NCBI GenBank assembly: GCA_043228905.1
Contig: JBHGNT010000016.1
Span: forward strand, 1,550,001-1,614,000
Direction: 5' to 3'
DNA length: 64,000 nt
Source: Azolla caroliniana
Taxonomy: Eukaryota; Plantae; Polypodiophyta
Below are positions 48,491 to 62,402 of this stretch, one piece after another. Within the stretch, counting starts at the first letter, position 1, and every line of letters starts with the position of its first letter. A program made the position numbers and the translations under genes. The notes below the pieces were generated by a model that saw only the letters and a list, made by a program, of their open reading frames with translations, ran no database searches and was not told the DNA's origin.

Positions 48491-50344
48491 ATTCCATATG
48501 CATTTACTCCAATTCGAGGATGCAAATATGTATGCATGTGTATATCAGAGACCGGTTTTTTCACGATTACAATTGCACCTTTTTCCTATTCAATGTCCAG
48601 ACTCTCTAAACCCCTTTTTTCATATTCAATCTCAGTAATACCCCTTTAAATGGTACCATTCTCCCTGCAAAGGTACTCTAGCTAAAGCTCCTCAATTGAG
48701 ATATGTGCATAACTAGTATGTATTTTAGTGGTACTAGTGATTAATTTTGGACTATCACTATCATGGCTTTCTCTTAGTATACCTAGTTTGAATTGTGGAT
48801 GTATGGATTGTCAAATATTCTTGGCGAAGTCAATAACCTTCAGCAATAAAGATTTCACCATGGTGTAGACTTGATTTTGTCTGTTACGACTTGATGCATA
48901 GGCAGATTTTTCTATTGGTTTAAAAGATAAATTTCTTCTTGGAATCTAGAATGATGCATTAATGATTGGCAACATTGGGTTGATGCATAGATTTGAAATC
49001 TTGGTGATGAACTTCTGCTTGCACAACTATGATGGAATTGTCCCGTTCTTGCTTGAAATTTCAATAAACATCATGCACAAGGAAGTCCTCCATCAGTTAG
49101 CCAAATAATTTGTTAAAAAAAAAGAACTTCTATAGGAATGTGCTAACGATTGGAATTTGGTGGATTGATGGATTGTGGAAATCTAGGTTGAGAAATCTTT
49201 ACTCTTGATGATAGTACCCAATTGATTCCCCCAAGCAGAATGTGGTGGCCTTGTTGATGGTTTCGCTAGAAATTTACAAAATCTCATGCAATGTCACAAT
49301 GCTTGGTTGATGTATGAATTAACAAAGTTTGAACCAAAAAGTTAGAACTCACTAAATCATAACTAGTATATATGGGTTCACTGGTACTAGTGATTGTTTT
49401 GGACTGATGGAACAATGCTTCTATCATCAATGGAGGGAGGGTTCTGTCAATTTAACTCAAATGATCTCATGTGGGGTGGATACGTTGCTATATATTATCT
49501 AGGACAACATAATGATTAGTGGACTCTCTATGTCCATATGTACATGGGGCGTCTTAAAGCCCATATGGTTGCATCATACATAAGGGTAGGGGATGAAGTG
49601 TGCCAAAGTTCAAGGATAGCCAAAGTTGCATATCCTTAAGTGAGTCGATTCACGGTGGCGTGGTCATAGAGAAATGCCCATTCATGCTTATAAATTTGGC
49701 CCCTAGATATGGACAAGAACCCACCACTTCCAACATGTCCGCTTGATAGGTTGAAGACAACTTAATAGAAAGTCAATGTGGATGCATGGAAGTTCATGGC
49801 CTTAGTATTTCCGAGGTTTACTGTGAGCCCCTTTTCACAAGGAATACCATAAAGGTTATTGAAATGATATTGTATACTTGCACGAGATTTAGGCACCAAG
49901 ATTATGTCGTCAACATAAAATCTCACCATCTCCATGTTGCTACCTCATCTATGTAGAGGCCGAAGCAAGTAGGGGAGGAGAGCATATTTGCTTCGTAGAA
50001 TGTTCTCTTATCTATTCGGAATGTCTTCTCCATATATCCATGGATATTATAGGTTCTTGGAGTGATCTAAGACTAGTAACAATGACACTAAGGATGGAAT
50101 AAGTCTCTTTTGAACGTGAACATGAAATTCATGCATAATTTCTTCTCTTTGTCTTTTTTTCTCTTGATCGTTTCCTTCAATATTGTTTGCAATAGATCTG
50201 TTCCCTCACTTTCTTTTACATTTAAATGTGACTGCATGTGCAGTGTAGGCTAAATTCAGCTGAGTCAACCCACACTCATAAGGAAGCAATTGAGTTGTTG
50301 GCCAAATTTGGTCATAGAAGACGTTATTAGTTAATCTCTCTCTT

Positions 50345-50390
<46 letters not shown>

Positions 50391-50491
50391 GTGTGCATGT
50401 GAAGGAAGGAAGAAAATAAAACAGAGGAAAACGAAAGGAAGCCAACACAGAATAAAGCAGAGTGAAGAAGAAGCAGAAGACAAGACAGAGG

Positions 50492-53400
50492 ATGCATTCC
50501 TTCCTCTACAGGCTCAATGCTGTCCCCACCTTCTCTGTGTTGGCCCTCAGCACCATTTGCTTCTCTGCTTCCATGACTGATATCATCCACACTTCCAATC
50601 CAACTGTTGATATCAAGGTAAAATCTCATGTTCCTTCTCCTCCTCTGCTCTCTGAAGATGTTTTATCTTTTTTCACTGATCTAGATTACTTTGACTACTT
50701 CTGTGTGTATTTTGTACATGGGTTTTGGATGAATCCGTTAGATCTGAACTCTTGTGGTGCATGTCATGATCTCAAATTTTAGGGCTTTGATTGTAAATTA
50801 GCTACCTTCTTTCCTAAAAATTGTTTTTTTATTTACTCTGCAGAGTGCATTGCTAGCTCTTTTATGTGTATTTTTCATTCATGGATTTCTGATGAACTGT
50901 TTGGGTGTGGTGGTGGTTATAATTTCATAAATTAGGCTTTTACTTACGTTAACATTATCCTTTTAGCTTATTGCAGAGGACATGAATTAAAGTTTGGATT
51001 TTATAAATGTCCTTAATTTCGGTAAACTGGAATCAGCTTTCTATGTGTATAAGCATCATTAATTGCAGAAAGATGAACTAGAATTTGGATTCTGTGCAAG
51101 GAACATCTTTGGAGAAATAATCCTTTTTTGAAGGTTTATTTAATCATGACTTGCATTTATCTTATTGTAGCTTCAGCTTATTTCAGAAATTTAAACCCAT
51201 CCCTAGAATATGCCGAAAAGTTAAAGAGTGTGAACATGCTATGTAAGAAAGAGTCTCTAAGTGACTATCTAATGATTGTCTTGCATCAGTGAAATTCTTA
51301 ATCACTCATCTAATTGTGTCATCACCACACTTACCATTACTGTTTCTCTTCACTTTTCTTGAACTTGTGATCAGGTTGTGAAGTTTGAAGGATTACGGAG
51401 GACGCATGGAGGGAATGATGAGGTGAATTGATTAATCTGTGCCTCAACTAGTACTTTATCGTAACTTTTTTCTACTGGGATGGAACTCGAGGCATTATTA
51501 GAAAATGTTCAATATGGATTCAAAAGGGTATTTTCATGTTAGCGTTATATATAGATGATTCCATGTCTATTAAACTTCTCTATGGTTGCATCAACTTCTA
51601 CAGGCGAGGTTTCTATTTATTTCTAGCTTATCTTTGAGCTGAAAATCAGTGATACTTATCCTCTTTGACCATTGATAATAGTCACTTACTCTATAAAGGT
51701 AGAGTATATGTCCTGAAAGATGGGGAATTGCAATGTCAAGAATCCTGCTAGTCCTAGCAAGCAGCATTCAGAAGTTGACAAGACTATATATCTTTTTTGA
51801 AACAACATCTACAGGTCCAGAATCTATCGATCAAGATTTTATAATAAATTGTATTAAATGGCAAGTCGAAAAATTAAGAACGAAAGTGATTACTTCGTTT
51901 GCATGAAAGTACTGGAGAGGAATGGAAGATTGTATCCATGCATTTTGTGGATTACATAAAACACAAATGCAGAACCATTATTTGTGTAATACTGGATTAG
52001 GTTAACCAATTTATTAGCAAAGTGATAGGAGTGTAAAGCTAGTAGTCATTCTGAAGGGAGTATTCAAGAGGTTAGATGCCAATCATACCATTGATACAGT
52101 GTCAAATCCTAAGATTATCTGTTTGCAAGAAGGCGAACTAATAGGGAAGCATATGTATCCAGAGCAAAATTTGCATATAACAGCAATCTTCCAAGTAGGT
52201 GCAGTCCATTTATGCAACTGTTTCAGGCTTAAGCATTGGGTACCTTTTGCAGTTGATCTGCAAAAGGAAAATCTTTTAGCTACAAAGGATTGATTTCCTA
52301 GATATTTCTACCAAAAGGAACATCTACTGCTTATGTTAAACTGAGATGATGGAGTTTTATCTTCGGAGGCACACAAGCATTCCTTAAGAATGCTTAAAAT
52401 ATATGGAAAAAACCATGTGTAAGGGATAATGGTCAAAACTATCCCCTAAATATTGTTTCCCTTTAAAATCCTTAAAATAAGCTAATAAGATTGTCCAAAT
52501 AGCTTACAAGCTCCGACTCATGGTTAATAGTAGAGTGCAGCTAGCATTATATGTCACAAATGATGAGACTGTGGGGTTGGGCTCTTGATATACCAAAATA
52601 AGGAGATAAAAGAATACCTGGTTAAGAAGAAGGATGGTTCCAAAAATAATTCCACATGTATCACTATCAATAAACGGTTGCAGAGCTAGAACTTCAGAGC
52701 TGTAATTTTAGTATGGCAACATCTCTCAAAGGGGAGGAATTGTTGGATAACATTGAAGTACGTGTTTAGTAGTATGCAAAGCACATGCTTTCATGATAAT
52801 TACCCATCAGCTTGGCACATAGTTTGGATTCATATTGTTCATTCTTGTATAACATTTTCTATACATTAAAGTTAGAAATTTGTATGATCATAAGGTTTAT
52901 TCCATAGCATTTGTTATCTAGAGGGAGGTTGTACAGTGTATTATGGCTCTATTTTGAAGCTTCAGGTAAGTGTTTGGGAAAATTTTCTTTCCTAATCAGC
53001 CGAGTCTCATGCATTATAAGAGGATACCACAAAGAGATGAAAATAACAGAGTGGTATATATATTGCTATCTGATTTTGTTTCCCAAATCTCTTTCAAATC
53101 ATGTAGTGGCCTAGAGCAGCTTATAATTGTTGCAGTTTGATGCACTACTGTTTGACAAAAAAAAACATTTTTTTGCCAGTCTCAGATGTTACTAAATATA
53201 TCGGCAGATTTGATGTCATTGTTTACATGGAACCCAAAACAGGTGCTCGAATGTATCCGTGCATAAAAATATTCAAGCCCCTTCCATAAATCCTTGTGTT
53301 TTGAATGGGCTTGTTTTTGTAATACTCATTTTCCACTACACTGCTTTTTGTGTTCGTGGCTGTCGAATATGTACTCCCAAGAATTCATGGAATCAGGTAA

Positions 53401-53771
53401 GGATAATCCTCTAAATTGCTGCTGTAGCTCTTAATGTGATTTAAAGACAATCCTCCCTGATGCTTTTGTACTGAAACAGATTTCATTGTGGGATAGCATT
53501 GTCACGTCGAAAAAAGATGCAAAAGATACAAATATTCGATGATTGATCAAGTAGTGCTTTGACATTGGATTACTTCATACTTCTTTTCCTATTAAAGAGT
53601 ATATACATATTTCTTACATTGTGCACCAATGTTTGTTTTTCTTAGGGAAATGATTTACAAGATGTGGAGTTCAATCTCACAATGTATTGGCATGTTATGC
53701 CAAAAACGGGGAGGATGTTTGAAGGGAATAGTTCTCTTACTGGATTCCAGTTTCCAAGTAGCTATTTTTAA
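50492..53771 (+). pseudogene. SPCS3: Signal peptidase complex subunit 3 (SPC22/SPCS3), apparently disrupted
   Basis: Exons: 50492-50617 (MHSFLYRLNA...), 51375-51422 (..HGGNDE), 53180-53242 (LNISADLMSLFTWNPKQ), 53344-53396 (LFVFVAVEY..TPKNS.NQ), 53480-53550 (ISLWDSI..KYSMIDQ), 53646-53771 (G.DL..VEFNLTMYWHVMPKTGRMF..*). Exon 4 has a CTG acceptor instead of CAG and a 1-nt deletion; exon 5 has a frameshifting deletion. Confidence 0.85.
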
Positions 53772-53873
53772 TAGAGAGCAAAGGTTAGGGCAATGATCAA
53801 TTATATATCTAGAAATATATGGGAACTGGCGTATTACTTCCAAGTTTGAGAACTCATGATCATACCATGTTTC

Positions 53874-54499
53874 TGTTAGATATAATCAATGATCAATCCC
53901 AAGTTGTCAATTTATCCCCATATAGTGTGCACATTTTGTGATAGTGCCCCAAATGAGGAGTAGCTATTGTGCAACTCGACCATATGGGTCGTTAAGGTGT
54001 CAATCTAGGAAGCCGTAAATGAGTAGGACACAATGTATTAGCCTACTGCGCTCTTTCCTAAATAGGATTGACACAATTAGAAGAATACTTTGTGGGCATG
54101 TTACGATATACTTAGTCTTGAAGTATGTGCCATTGACTTTAAGATTAGTACTATCTAGAACTAGATTGTATCTAGGGACCTGGGTCATATTAAATGACAA
54201 GTCAGTTGACGGTAAAGGAATATCTCCACTACTATCAACTGGCTTGCACATTTAATGTTACACTCAGACCAAACAGAGAATATAATCCACTCTCTTACAC
54301 AGTGGTTGGGTTGATTATCAGTCCACACTAATGTTGTAGTGAGCTAGTCCAAATCCCATCTAAGCTCTAAGGTGTGAGCGCATGGGTGAACTACCATTGT
54401 GAGCGACCCTCATATGTAATAGAAGTTTTGTTTTCATATATTCATCTCTTTGATTATAACTGTATATACCTATCTAATCGATTCGCAATATTTCTAATA
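53874..54499. mobile_element. Solo LTR (626 bp) just downstream of the SPCS3 stop
   Basis: TGTTAGA...TCTAATA (terminal CA apparently mutated to TA), flanked by a perfect 5-bp TSD GTTTC on both sides. Confidence 0.75.
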
Positions 54500-57400
54500 G
54501 TTTCATTAACGACAAGTTGTTAATATCGCTGTTTGAACTAAATTGTCTCAGTAGAAATAATTTTTTTCTAGTTTTGTACTACTATCGGGGTTAAGATTTT
54601 GAGTCAGTTTAGCATTTAGAAAGCCGGTGTGTATTGGGGAAAAAAGATTCTTCATAGCAAATTTATCTACTACTGCCATCACTCCTATACCACTACTGTG
54701 TATTTGGAGCCATACCATGTGCAACACTTCAAAAGTTTCACCACGGTTTGTATTTTGTTGATACACAATCATATCAAATTTTTTTTGTTAATTGTGATTG
54801 TCATTCTCTTGGAGGGAACATAATCTTTACCTTCATAATGTCACTGTATATAAATTCTTGCAGCGCTCTCCTACTCTTTTTGGCTTACATTGACAATAAA
54901 TAGATGGGAGACTTAAGTTTAAAAAGCATATCTGATCATATGGATTAGCTTTGAACAATTTCTAATCCTTTGAAATAAATAGGTTTATGTATTGAATCTC
55001 AAGTATATATCGAGCTTTGTTTCGACTTTCATTACAATAATGTAGCTCCAAACATTCTTGTCATTCCTGAAATGTTTTATTATTATTATGATATTGGTGT
55101 TGTATAAAGTGGAAAGCTTATACAATTACAAGTATAGGCCCAATGGAAGCTATAGAAATTGGTTGACTAGCATTTAGTTGGATTGAAGATCCGATTAGGT
55201 CAATGAAGGATGCATAATGCTTTCTTATATACTTTCATTAAGTAATACTTTTAACCATTTTCTCATATAATGCTATGCATCTGAAATCATATTTGCCTCT
55301 TGTAAATTCAAGATCCCATTAGGGCAATTACTTCTAACCATTTTCTTAAATACGCAATGTGTTTGAAATCCTATTTCGGCGGAAAGTTGTTCAGTCATCA
55401 AGTTGTTTAGTGGAACTAGATTTGTAATTGATTAATGAACTTTTGCAAGAGATTCCTAGAAAGGCTTGACTCTATTGAATACGAGTTGATGAAACTAAAG
55501 AGGCCCTAGAGCCTATTCTCAAAGGAGAAATATTGCCCTACTTATAGCTTTCTCACTTGCCTCTAAAATCTATACAACCACTTGTATGATGTATCCCTAA
55601 TGAGAGGGGGAAACAACCAATGATAATGTGTCAAGACATGCAAATAATAGTGTGGGTCCTACAATTCATGAGGTTTTGGAACTGGGGATGCCTACGAGTC
55701 CTAACCTCTAGGCAACATAGCTCATTGTTTGTTTCTTTTGAATATCTTTGTAATGATTCAGATGGATTGCCCTACTATGTACATGTACCCTGGAGGCGTC
55801 TTTTCAAGCATTAAATGAAAGTTGTCAAATATTTTAGACGACCCAATTGGAAGGGAATATTGTACCAATCCTAAATTCCTTCTTTCCTCTATGAACTCTC
55901 TCTTTTGAAGGGTGATGTCAAAGCTACAAAACCTTTATTTTGCATGAACACATATTGCCGAAGGCTCAAAACCTAAATGTTTTGCACAATACAAATTGTA
56001 CCCCTGCATTTAGATTGTAGAACTTAACATAATGACCTTATTCGCGATGTATATAAGACCATGCTATAATGTTGTGCTTGAACATGTAATGGCTTGTTTT
56101 CATTTGAGAGAAAAATCTTGTTACATAAACTTGAATATAACTTTATCATTATATAAATCTTAGCAAAATGTCAAAGAAAGAAAGAAAAGCAAGGACTCTC
56201 AAAATCAATATTGGAGTAGATTGACGATGCCTTTCTTGGAGTAAAGGAGACACCTTACATTTTAGACATTCTATAACACTATAAATTTATCTAAAATTCA
56301 TCTCGAAACTCTCTCTAGGTCTATTTCTTGTGGACACAAAACCTCTTAGTTGATATTGTTTCTATCATTGATTAATTTCTTTGTTCTCTCTCACCTCTTT
56401 CATTTAATATTTGGAACACAATCGCAATCACAATCTCTTGATCTTTTCTCTTACTAATCATTCATCTCAAGAATGTAATTTAATCGGCACACATCCAAAC
56501 TTTTTGCCTAAATCATACAAGAGATAAACTCCCTCGCCGATTAGATTATGACCTTGTAATCATTTCTACATTTACAATCTCCTTTGTTAGCACATAATTT
56601 GTTTAGCAAATAGAATCCCTCATTCATTCCACTGTAATTTCATTATTCCAAATGTGATCTCTTAAATGCATGCATGATTGTTGATTTGAATCCAACGCTA
56701 TCAACCTAGTGGCCCTTTAATGCCCCTAGCAAATGGAACATCAGAAACAATAAAGAGTAGAGGAATCGTTACTCGATACATATATGTATTCATGACCTCG
56801 ATGGTGTATGAAATCAATTACATATATGAGTAGGGTATTCACCTTAAATTGAAGCACGTGGGTAGATAGTGTCCTCACTTTTCATTACTTATTGTTTCAA
56901 ATTGTTTACTTATAATCTTTACTCAATATATCTAGTCATGAACTCAATAGTGCATGAATGCAATTACATAGTATGAGTAGGGTATTAGCTTAAAATTAAA
57001 ATGTGTACATAGTGTGCTCAATCAAATCGCGTATAGAGCATTCTAATGGAAGTCCGAAGTAGTTGTGAATTACATGATTTCTCATAGCCTGATGCCATCA
57101 TGGCCTCAAGCATCATGATATTCTCTTTCAAAATTATAGTCGATGAAAAATTAGTTATAATATAATGTTATCGTGATGAGGGGCTTGTAAGTGAAAACAT
57201 AGAAAACGGTGGATTTACTAATAAACAATGAAAGTTCTTACATGTAAAAGTAGGAAAAAGACAAAAGAAATCGACAAATGACAATATTTGAAACAAGCAA
57301 GAAGGTTCCTACGAATTTAATGGAAGCAAGTATAGAAAGGGCAAAATAGAAATATAAATGTTTGATTTAGAAAAATAACGTGATCACTAAACCGCGTGAA

Positions 57401-60400
57401 ATATGTATACAAAAGGCAATTTTTGTTTGCGAAAAACTAAGAAATAGTAAGCTAAGCATATGTCCATGCATCAAGACGTGCACACTCATACTTGCTCGAA
57501 CTTAATGGAAACTTGAAGATCTTTTGAAAATACAACCAATTGCAGCCACAATCATAAAAGAACTAAATACATAGTAAAGGAGTGTGACCACACTCCCATT
57601 TAGCTTGTCGGTAATCTTATGCATTGAATGATTACGATAGAAGCTATACAATGCAGATAATAAATTTTGTTCAATTTGTACTAGCATGTATGATTCAACT
57701 ATGATCTTGTATAATCTCATCATTCATGTATTAAATGATCATGAGATAAATAAGGTGATATATTTCATTTACATTCAATTTATACTTATTTATTTGAAGG
57801 CTAAATCATAAAAAATACGAACAACTACAATCAAACATAGGTAATGACTTATGAGTTATTAGCAACCCAATCTTTATATGGTAGAGTGCTACAAACGTAG
57901 ATGAGTCCCCCAAAATGGGAAGTAGATTGATCAGCTTTTATAGCAATGGGTATTTTTTTTACAAAGAGACCAAGCTCCTTGACATGATGTGCCAAGATGA
58001 CAAACAGGAATTTTGTATAAGACGGTTTTGGTGAGCCACATTTATTTCAAAGAACCTAAATGAAATTAAGCTAGATGAAATTACCATATTATTAGTTATA
58101 CGATGATCATCATTGATTTTGCTATGATGCAACGCTATTATAACCCAATTGTCCACGTATGCATGCATTAACATAACTTGAACACACATTTGAACCTTGA
58201 AGACTATTATGTCATTAAGTTGGGCATGATTTCATTAGTTTGGGATGTCACCGAGAACATGAATAAGCTTTTTGTTTATGTTGGATAAACAACATATTGT
58301 GTGTGTATTGTAGCTAAATTTACCCTCTCTTCTTGGGTGTTATTATTGTTGTCTAGTAAGTATTGAAATAACAAATACTTTGACAATACTAGACCAATTG
58401 TATATTTAATAAACTAATGGCTGAGATCTTGTAGTTTTATGTAGTTCCCGACATATTTATCAATATTAACAATTTTAGATGTTGAGAAGTGCATACCTCC
58501 CTTACCTTGTTGCATGCATACCTCCTTTTTTACATGTCACCATTCTATGTATAGATGAAAAAAGAGGTTAAAAAATACTACATTAAGATTATTAGCAACC
58601 TAGTGAGTCTTTTCTTTGAGTATTGATAGAAAAACAATGACTTATACATGAGTGTTGGAGACTATTCGATGTTTTTGGATCATCAAAGATGTAATTTACT
58701 TGAAAACCTTGATGAAAGATGCCATTGCTAAATTCAAAGAACCCAAGTTTGTATTCAAGTAAATATACTAACATATTTATATGCATGTTGTAGGAGTGAG
58801 GAATTTGTTGCGCCACCTATTGAGACAAAATGATCCAATGCCAAATGTCAAAAGAAATTGAACACAATGCTAATTGGTAGCGAATCATGGCGAAAATAAA
58901 GTCTTACACGATGTTCACAACATTGAGGATTTGCCACCTATATATGTACAAACCATTATCATAAATTTCATCAAGCAAGACTTGTGACACCTATTACACT
59001 AAACACATTCATTTATTGTGGCATTTCTTTTATAAGAAAACCTATGTCGTGTGTTTCTCACCAGACACCAAAGGGAGGTCAAATATATTTTCGGTCCTTC
59101 ACTTGTTCACATCCTCATGTCCAAAAAGCTCTAACTACAAAGAATTTGATAGTCCATCTTACGTTCATATTTTCTTTTCTTGTAGTACGAATAGTTCATT
59201 CAATTCTACGGATACAAAGCCGAACCAACATCGAAATTCCATATTTTCCTTCCTGAATCGATTGGAAGGTTCTCTTCGGGTTTGGGGAAAGCCCTTGGAC
59301 TTTCTCCATCAGTCACTCGTTCCTTCTCTGCAACAAGACCTTCATTTATCTTGCCCGAAAAGATTATATGGGATTTGATTCCGTCCTCGCCTATAGACAT
59401 TGACCTATCCATCATTATGCAAGTCTATGTCATGGGTAGAGGTTGATTGTGTCTTGTTGCTTTGGGCCCAATTCTTTTTTATTTCTTCATGGAAGTAATG
59501 TGATTGGTTTCAAGTTTCAACACGAATTTGTAAAGCTAGTTTTAGGATCAATCTTTTTCATTGAAACAATGCCGCCTTTTATAACAAATTTAGGGTGCAT
59601 GATCTCCGACTAAAAAGTATATATGAAAAATAATTTATGCAATATATAACTCATATCTCAAGGATTTAACCCCCTAACGTTACGATTGAAAATAACAAGG
59701 TCCATCCTCATAGTGAAATATAATCTATGCTCATAAGTCTTTCAACCAAATTATGCTTTAGCATTGTAATGTCATGTTGCAAATATAAATTAATCTATTG
59801 TATGCATGCTTGAATTATGTAATGAGGAGTAACACAACACAACACAATCTTAGGTGGAACTAGTGAAACTACATCAAATGCCTTTAGTTCTCATAAAGTA
59901 GTTTCTATCATAACAATTTACATGACACATGTCTTTTTGTGGGGAAGAGACATGTGATGACATAGCCCCAAAATCCCGTGATTGTGGTGGAAACTCCACT
60001 TCTCTAGTAGCTGGATCCAATATGGTAGCTCATAATTGTCATCTTTACTTTAGAGAAGGCATATCTAAACTAAAAAAATGATGATCTGGCAAGAAGTTGA
60101 AATCAATTTACAAATTATTTGAAATGTCAAGTTCTGTGTTATTTATGAAAGCGTACATAATTTTGCAATATCTAGTTGTGTTTAGCACTTCAGTGAGGGC
60201 CTTCGTATTGTAGCCAATTCTTAGAGAGTTTTTATGTAGCAAGAGCCTCTATTGATGCCTTAACTCTCTATCACATGAGGGCGAAGAGCTGTTGCATTAA
60301 CTCTTTACCACACATTTTTAGCTAGTTATAGTTTTGTTGCTCTTTTAACACTTTTCATCAACTTTTCATTTTACTCTCTCACTCGCACTCTTTTGTTCCA

Positions 60401-62402
60401 CGGAAATGGTATGCACACAATTCAATGCATTGCCTGATGAAGGCAATGCAAGAGTGCATCTATAAAAGCTGGACTTTATGGAGAAAAGTGAAATGTTAGG
60501 GCCATATTTTAAAGAAAAACTATACATTTGCATGGTTTTGGATAATATACGACGACGACAAACCATTTCAAACAAACCAATAATGTGCTGATTGAGTTAA
60601 AATCCATGTCATAACGTTTGTAAACATTATGGTTTACCATTTAATGTAATTCCATAATGCAAATGAAGAATTGTTCAATTGCACATCATCGAGTCGTTTA
60701 TCTTCTTTAGCCGGGGAGGAGGGTGTACATATATTAGTTAAATGTGTAGATTGTAAAGGGCAACGATTATAAATTGTGCTTTAAAATATTTTATTTTACA
60801 CATACACACACAGACACATACTTTGCCCTTTGTTTTTATTTTATTTTGTATTCTTTGATAGTAGCCACTATAACTCAACAAGGGAGAGTAAATTATCCCA
60901 ATTGAAGCCCACGATTGACTGGGGAATAACCTTACATTCCCCATGTCAACGATATGCCGTTAGTTGGCAATTTCCAAGGGCATTAATGGCTTGATCCATA
61001 AACATTCCCAACTGTAATGGACGTTGGGATATCACCATGTTAGCATCTTAGAAAGTCAAACAAAAATATGGCATTTTCAAAATCATTCACACATTTTTTT
61101 ATGGTCTTGTCATTGCAATCGGTTTGTAGCAAGTCAATTCCAGAATATGTTTTGCCTATCTAGTTTTATTCTCAAGCAACACAAAGTTTATACTAAAAAC
61201 AATGCCCTTAATTAGATTAGTTTCTCCTATGATCTTGTACAAAATATCAAACCTTGTAATATCATGACAATATGATCAACATTAGGCAAAGAACAAAACA
61301 ATAAAAATGGCTTGATCCCAAGTTAATTTGTTATTTGGCACTATTGCTTGCGCTACAAGATTTCTAGTACAAACAAAACCCGCAGAGAGTAAGATATGGG
61401 CACAAGTCTATAAGAGCAATTGAAATACTAGAACCCTTATCCCACACGAAACCCTACCTAGCATTCAAGTGAAACTAAATAAGGGAGATAAGCTTGTACC
61501 CGACTTTTTTCTCCAACCATGCGATTTATATAGCATGCCCAAATGTAGGTACGTTCTGAAGCGTGATATCACCTAATGTGGGCCACAAATTGCACACACA
61601 CACACACACACACACCCTTTGTTTTTATTTCCAAGTTTAACATCTACACGCATTTGCACGGAAGCCTCACGAACGTCCTAATGTGTAATAACCCACACGG
61701 CCTGGCCACATAGACATTTAACACCCATGAGAGTACTATGCACATGCTTCTAGCTACCACTATCTTCATGGAGCTTGTGAGGCATCAAGGTTGGAAGGCT
61801 GGTGTGGTTCGCCTCGCAACATTAGAGGGAAGTAAGTAAGAAAGGGGGGGGGGGGGGGAGGGGGGACACGAGCAACAAAATGGGAGTTGGGCGTAAGGAC
61901 GTGGGAGTGTCAAGCATGGAAGGATGCTTGCTTGGCCAGTCGACCACCAAACCGGCCACATGACTGATTGACTAACCGATCACTTGACCGACCAACCACC
62001 TGACCAACCGATGGGATGAAGGCTAATGGGGGGGGGGGGGGGGACCGATACAAGAGGTCGGGATCGGTGGGCGGTTCTATGTCAACCCATCATCTGGTTG
62101 GGAGCTTGGGATATGGCAGAGATTGATGGATGGGACCCAATGAGTATGCTAATAAAGGAACATTTAAGACCTCCTCTTTTGCATGGGGTCCTCTTTCCAT
62201 GGGGAGGTGTCACGATCACATACATGAAACACCCTCCCCTGTTCCTTTTCTTCATGGAAAAAGAAAACCATGGCAGTTCATCCATTCCTTCTCTTCTTCT
62301 TCTTCTTCTTCTTCTTCTTCTTCTATGTTGCATAGAAAGGTAAGAAATGTGAGAAGAGAGCAAGGAATTGGAATACCCTCCCCTCAAGCAATCCCTGCCC
62401 AC

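Noticed and set aside
55000-61500. Possible gene among scattered 60-120 aa ORFs
   Set aside because: I could not build a consistent exon chain or recognise any motif; probably decayed TE/intergenic DNA.
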